Source: a virus
Taxonomy: Duplodnaviria > Caudoviricetes
Direction: 5' to 3' (one strand)
IMG/VR virus record: IMGVR_UViG_3300032224_000176
Coordinates: 1-35,917 of that record
DNA: 35,917 nt
Positions 35,850 to 35,917 of the stretch are shown here, piece by piece. A program made the translations under genes and the position numbers. The first letter of the stretch is position 1. Every line of letters starts with the position of its first letter. The notes under the pieces are model-generated. The model was not told where the DNA came from and searched no databases. It saw only the letters and a program-made list of their open reading frames with translations.

Positions 35850-35917
35850 TTCGACCAATAGTGAGTGATGTAACCGACAAACGTAGATATTGCCGACACA
35901 AACACCATGCCCATCCA
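35846..35917 (-). CDS. partial membrane protein (C-terminus only)
   Basis: ...WMGMVFVSAISTFVGYITHYWSK* runs off the window edge; ATGA overlap. Confidence 0.5.
   Translation of the reverse strand, partial: WMGMVFVSAISTFVGYITHYWSK

Noticed and set aside
92-35901. Remaining antisense or overlapping ORFs of 60-150 aa in the track
   Set aside because: They lie opposite or within well-supported genes, with no motifs or RBS; treated as shadows.

Overview
This window is about 36 kb of a dsDNA tailed-phage genome, probably podovirus-like, organised in two convergent arms. The + strand arm (1-16.6 kb) opens with an early module (MoxR-type AAA+ ATPase, HExxH-zincin/VWA protein, DUF3150-like protein, small regulators). 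A replication module follows: VRR-NUC, family A DNA polymerase of the Leu762 type, Cas4-like/PD-(D/E)XK/HNH nucleases, SNF2 helicase, putative SSB, HTH protein and primase-helicase. The - strand arm (35.9-16.6 kb) carries lysis genes, a tail/head-closure protein, three putative ejection proteins and a 3269-aa polyvalent protein with zincin, ADP-ribosyltransferase-like, GHKL ATPase and second zincin domains. No capsid, portal, terminase or integrase is visible. Three signals are not explained by the gene calls: (1) a 14-bp palindrome NTAACA-NN-WGTTAS in 9 copies confined to the first 6.2 kb, at gene junctions and inside ORFs; (2) small +1-frame ORFs with their own Shine-Dalgarno sites nested in linkers of the giant gene; (3) two candidate structured small RNAs with their own sigma70-type promoters. 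All protein calls come from motif recognition by eye; no database searches were run.
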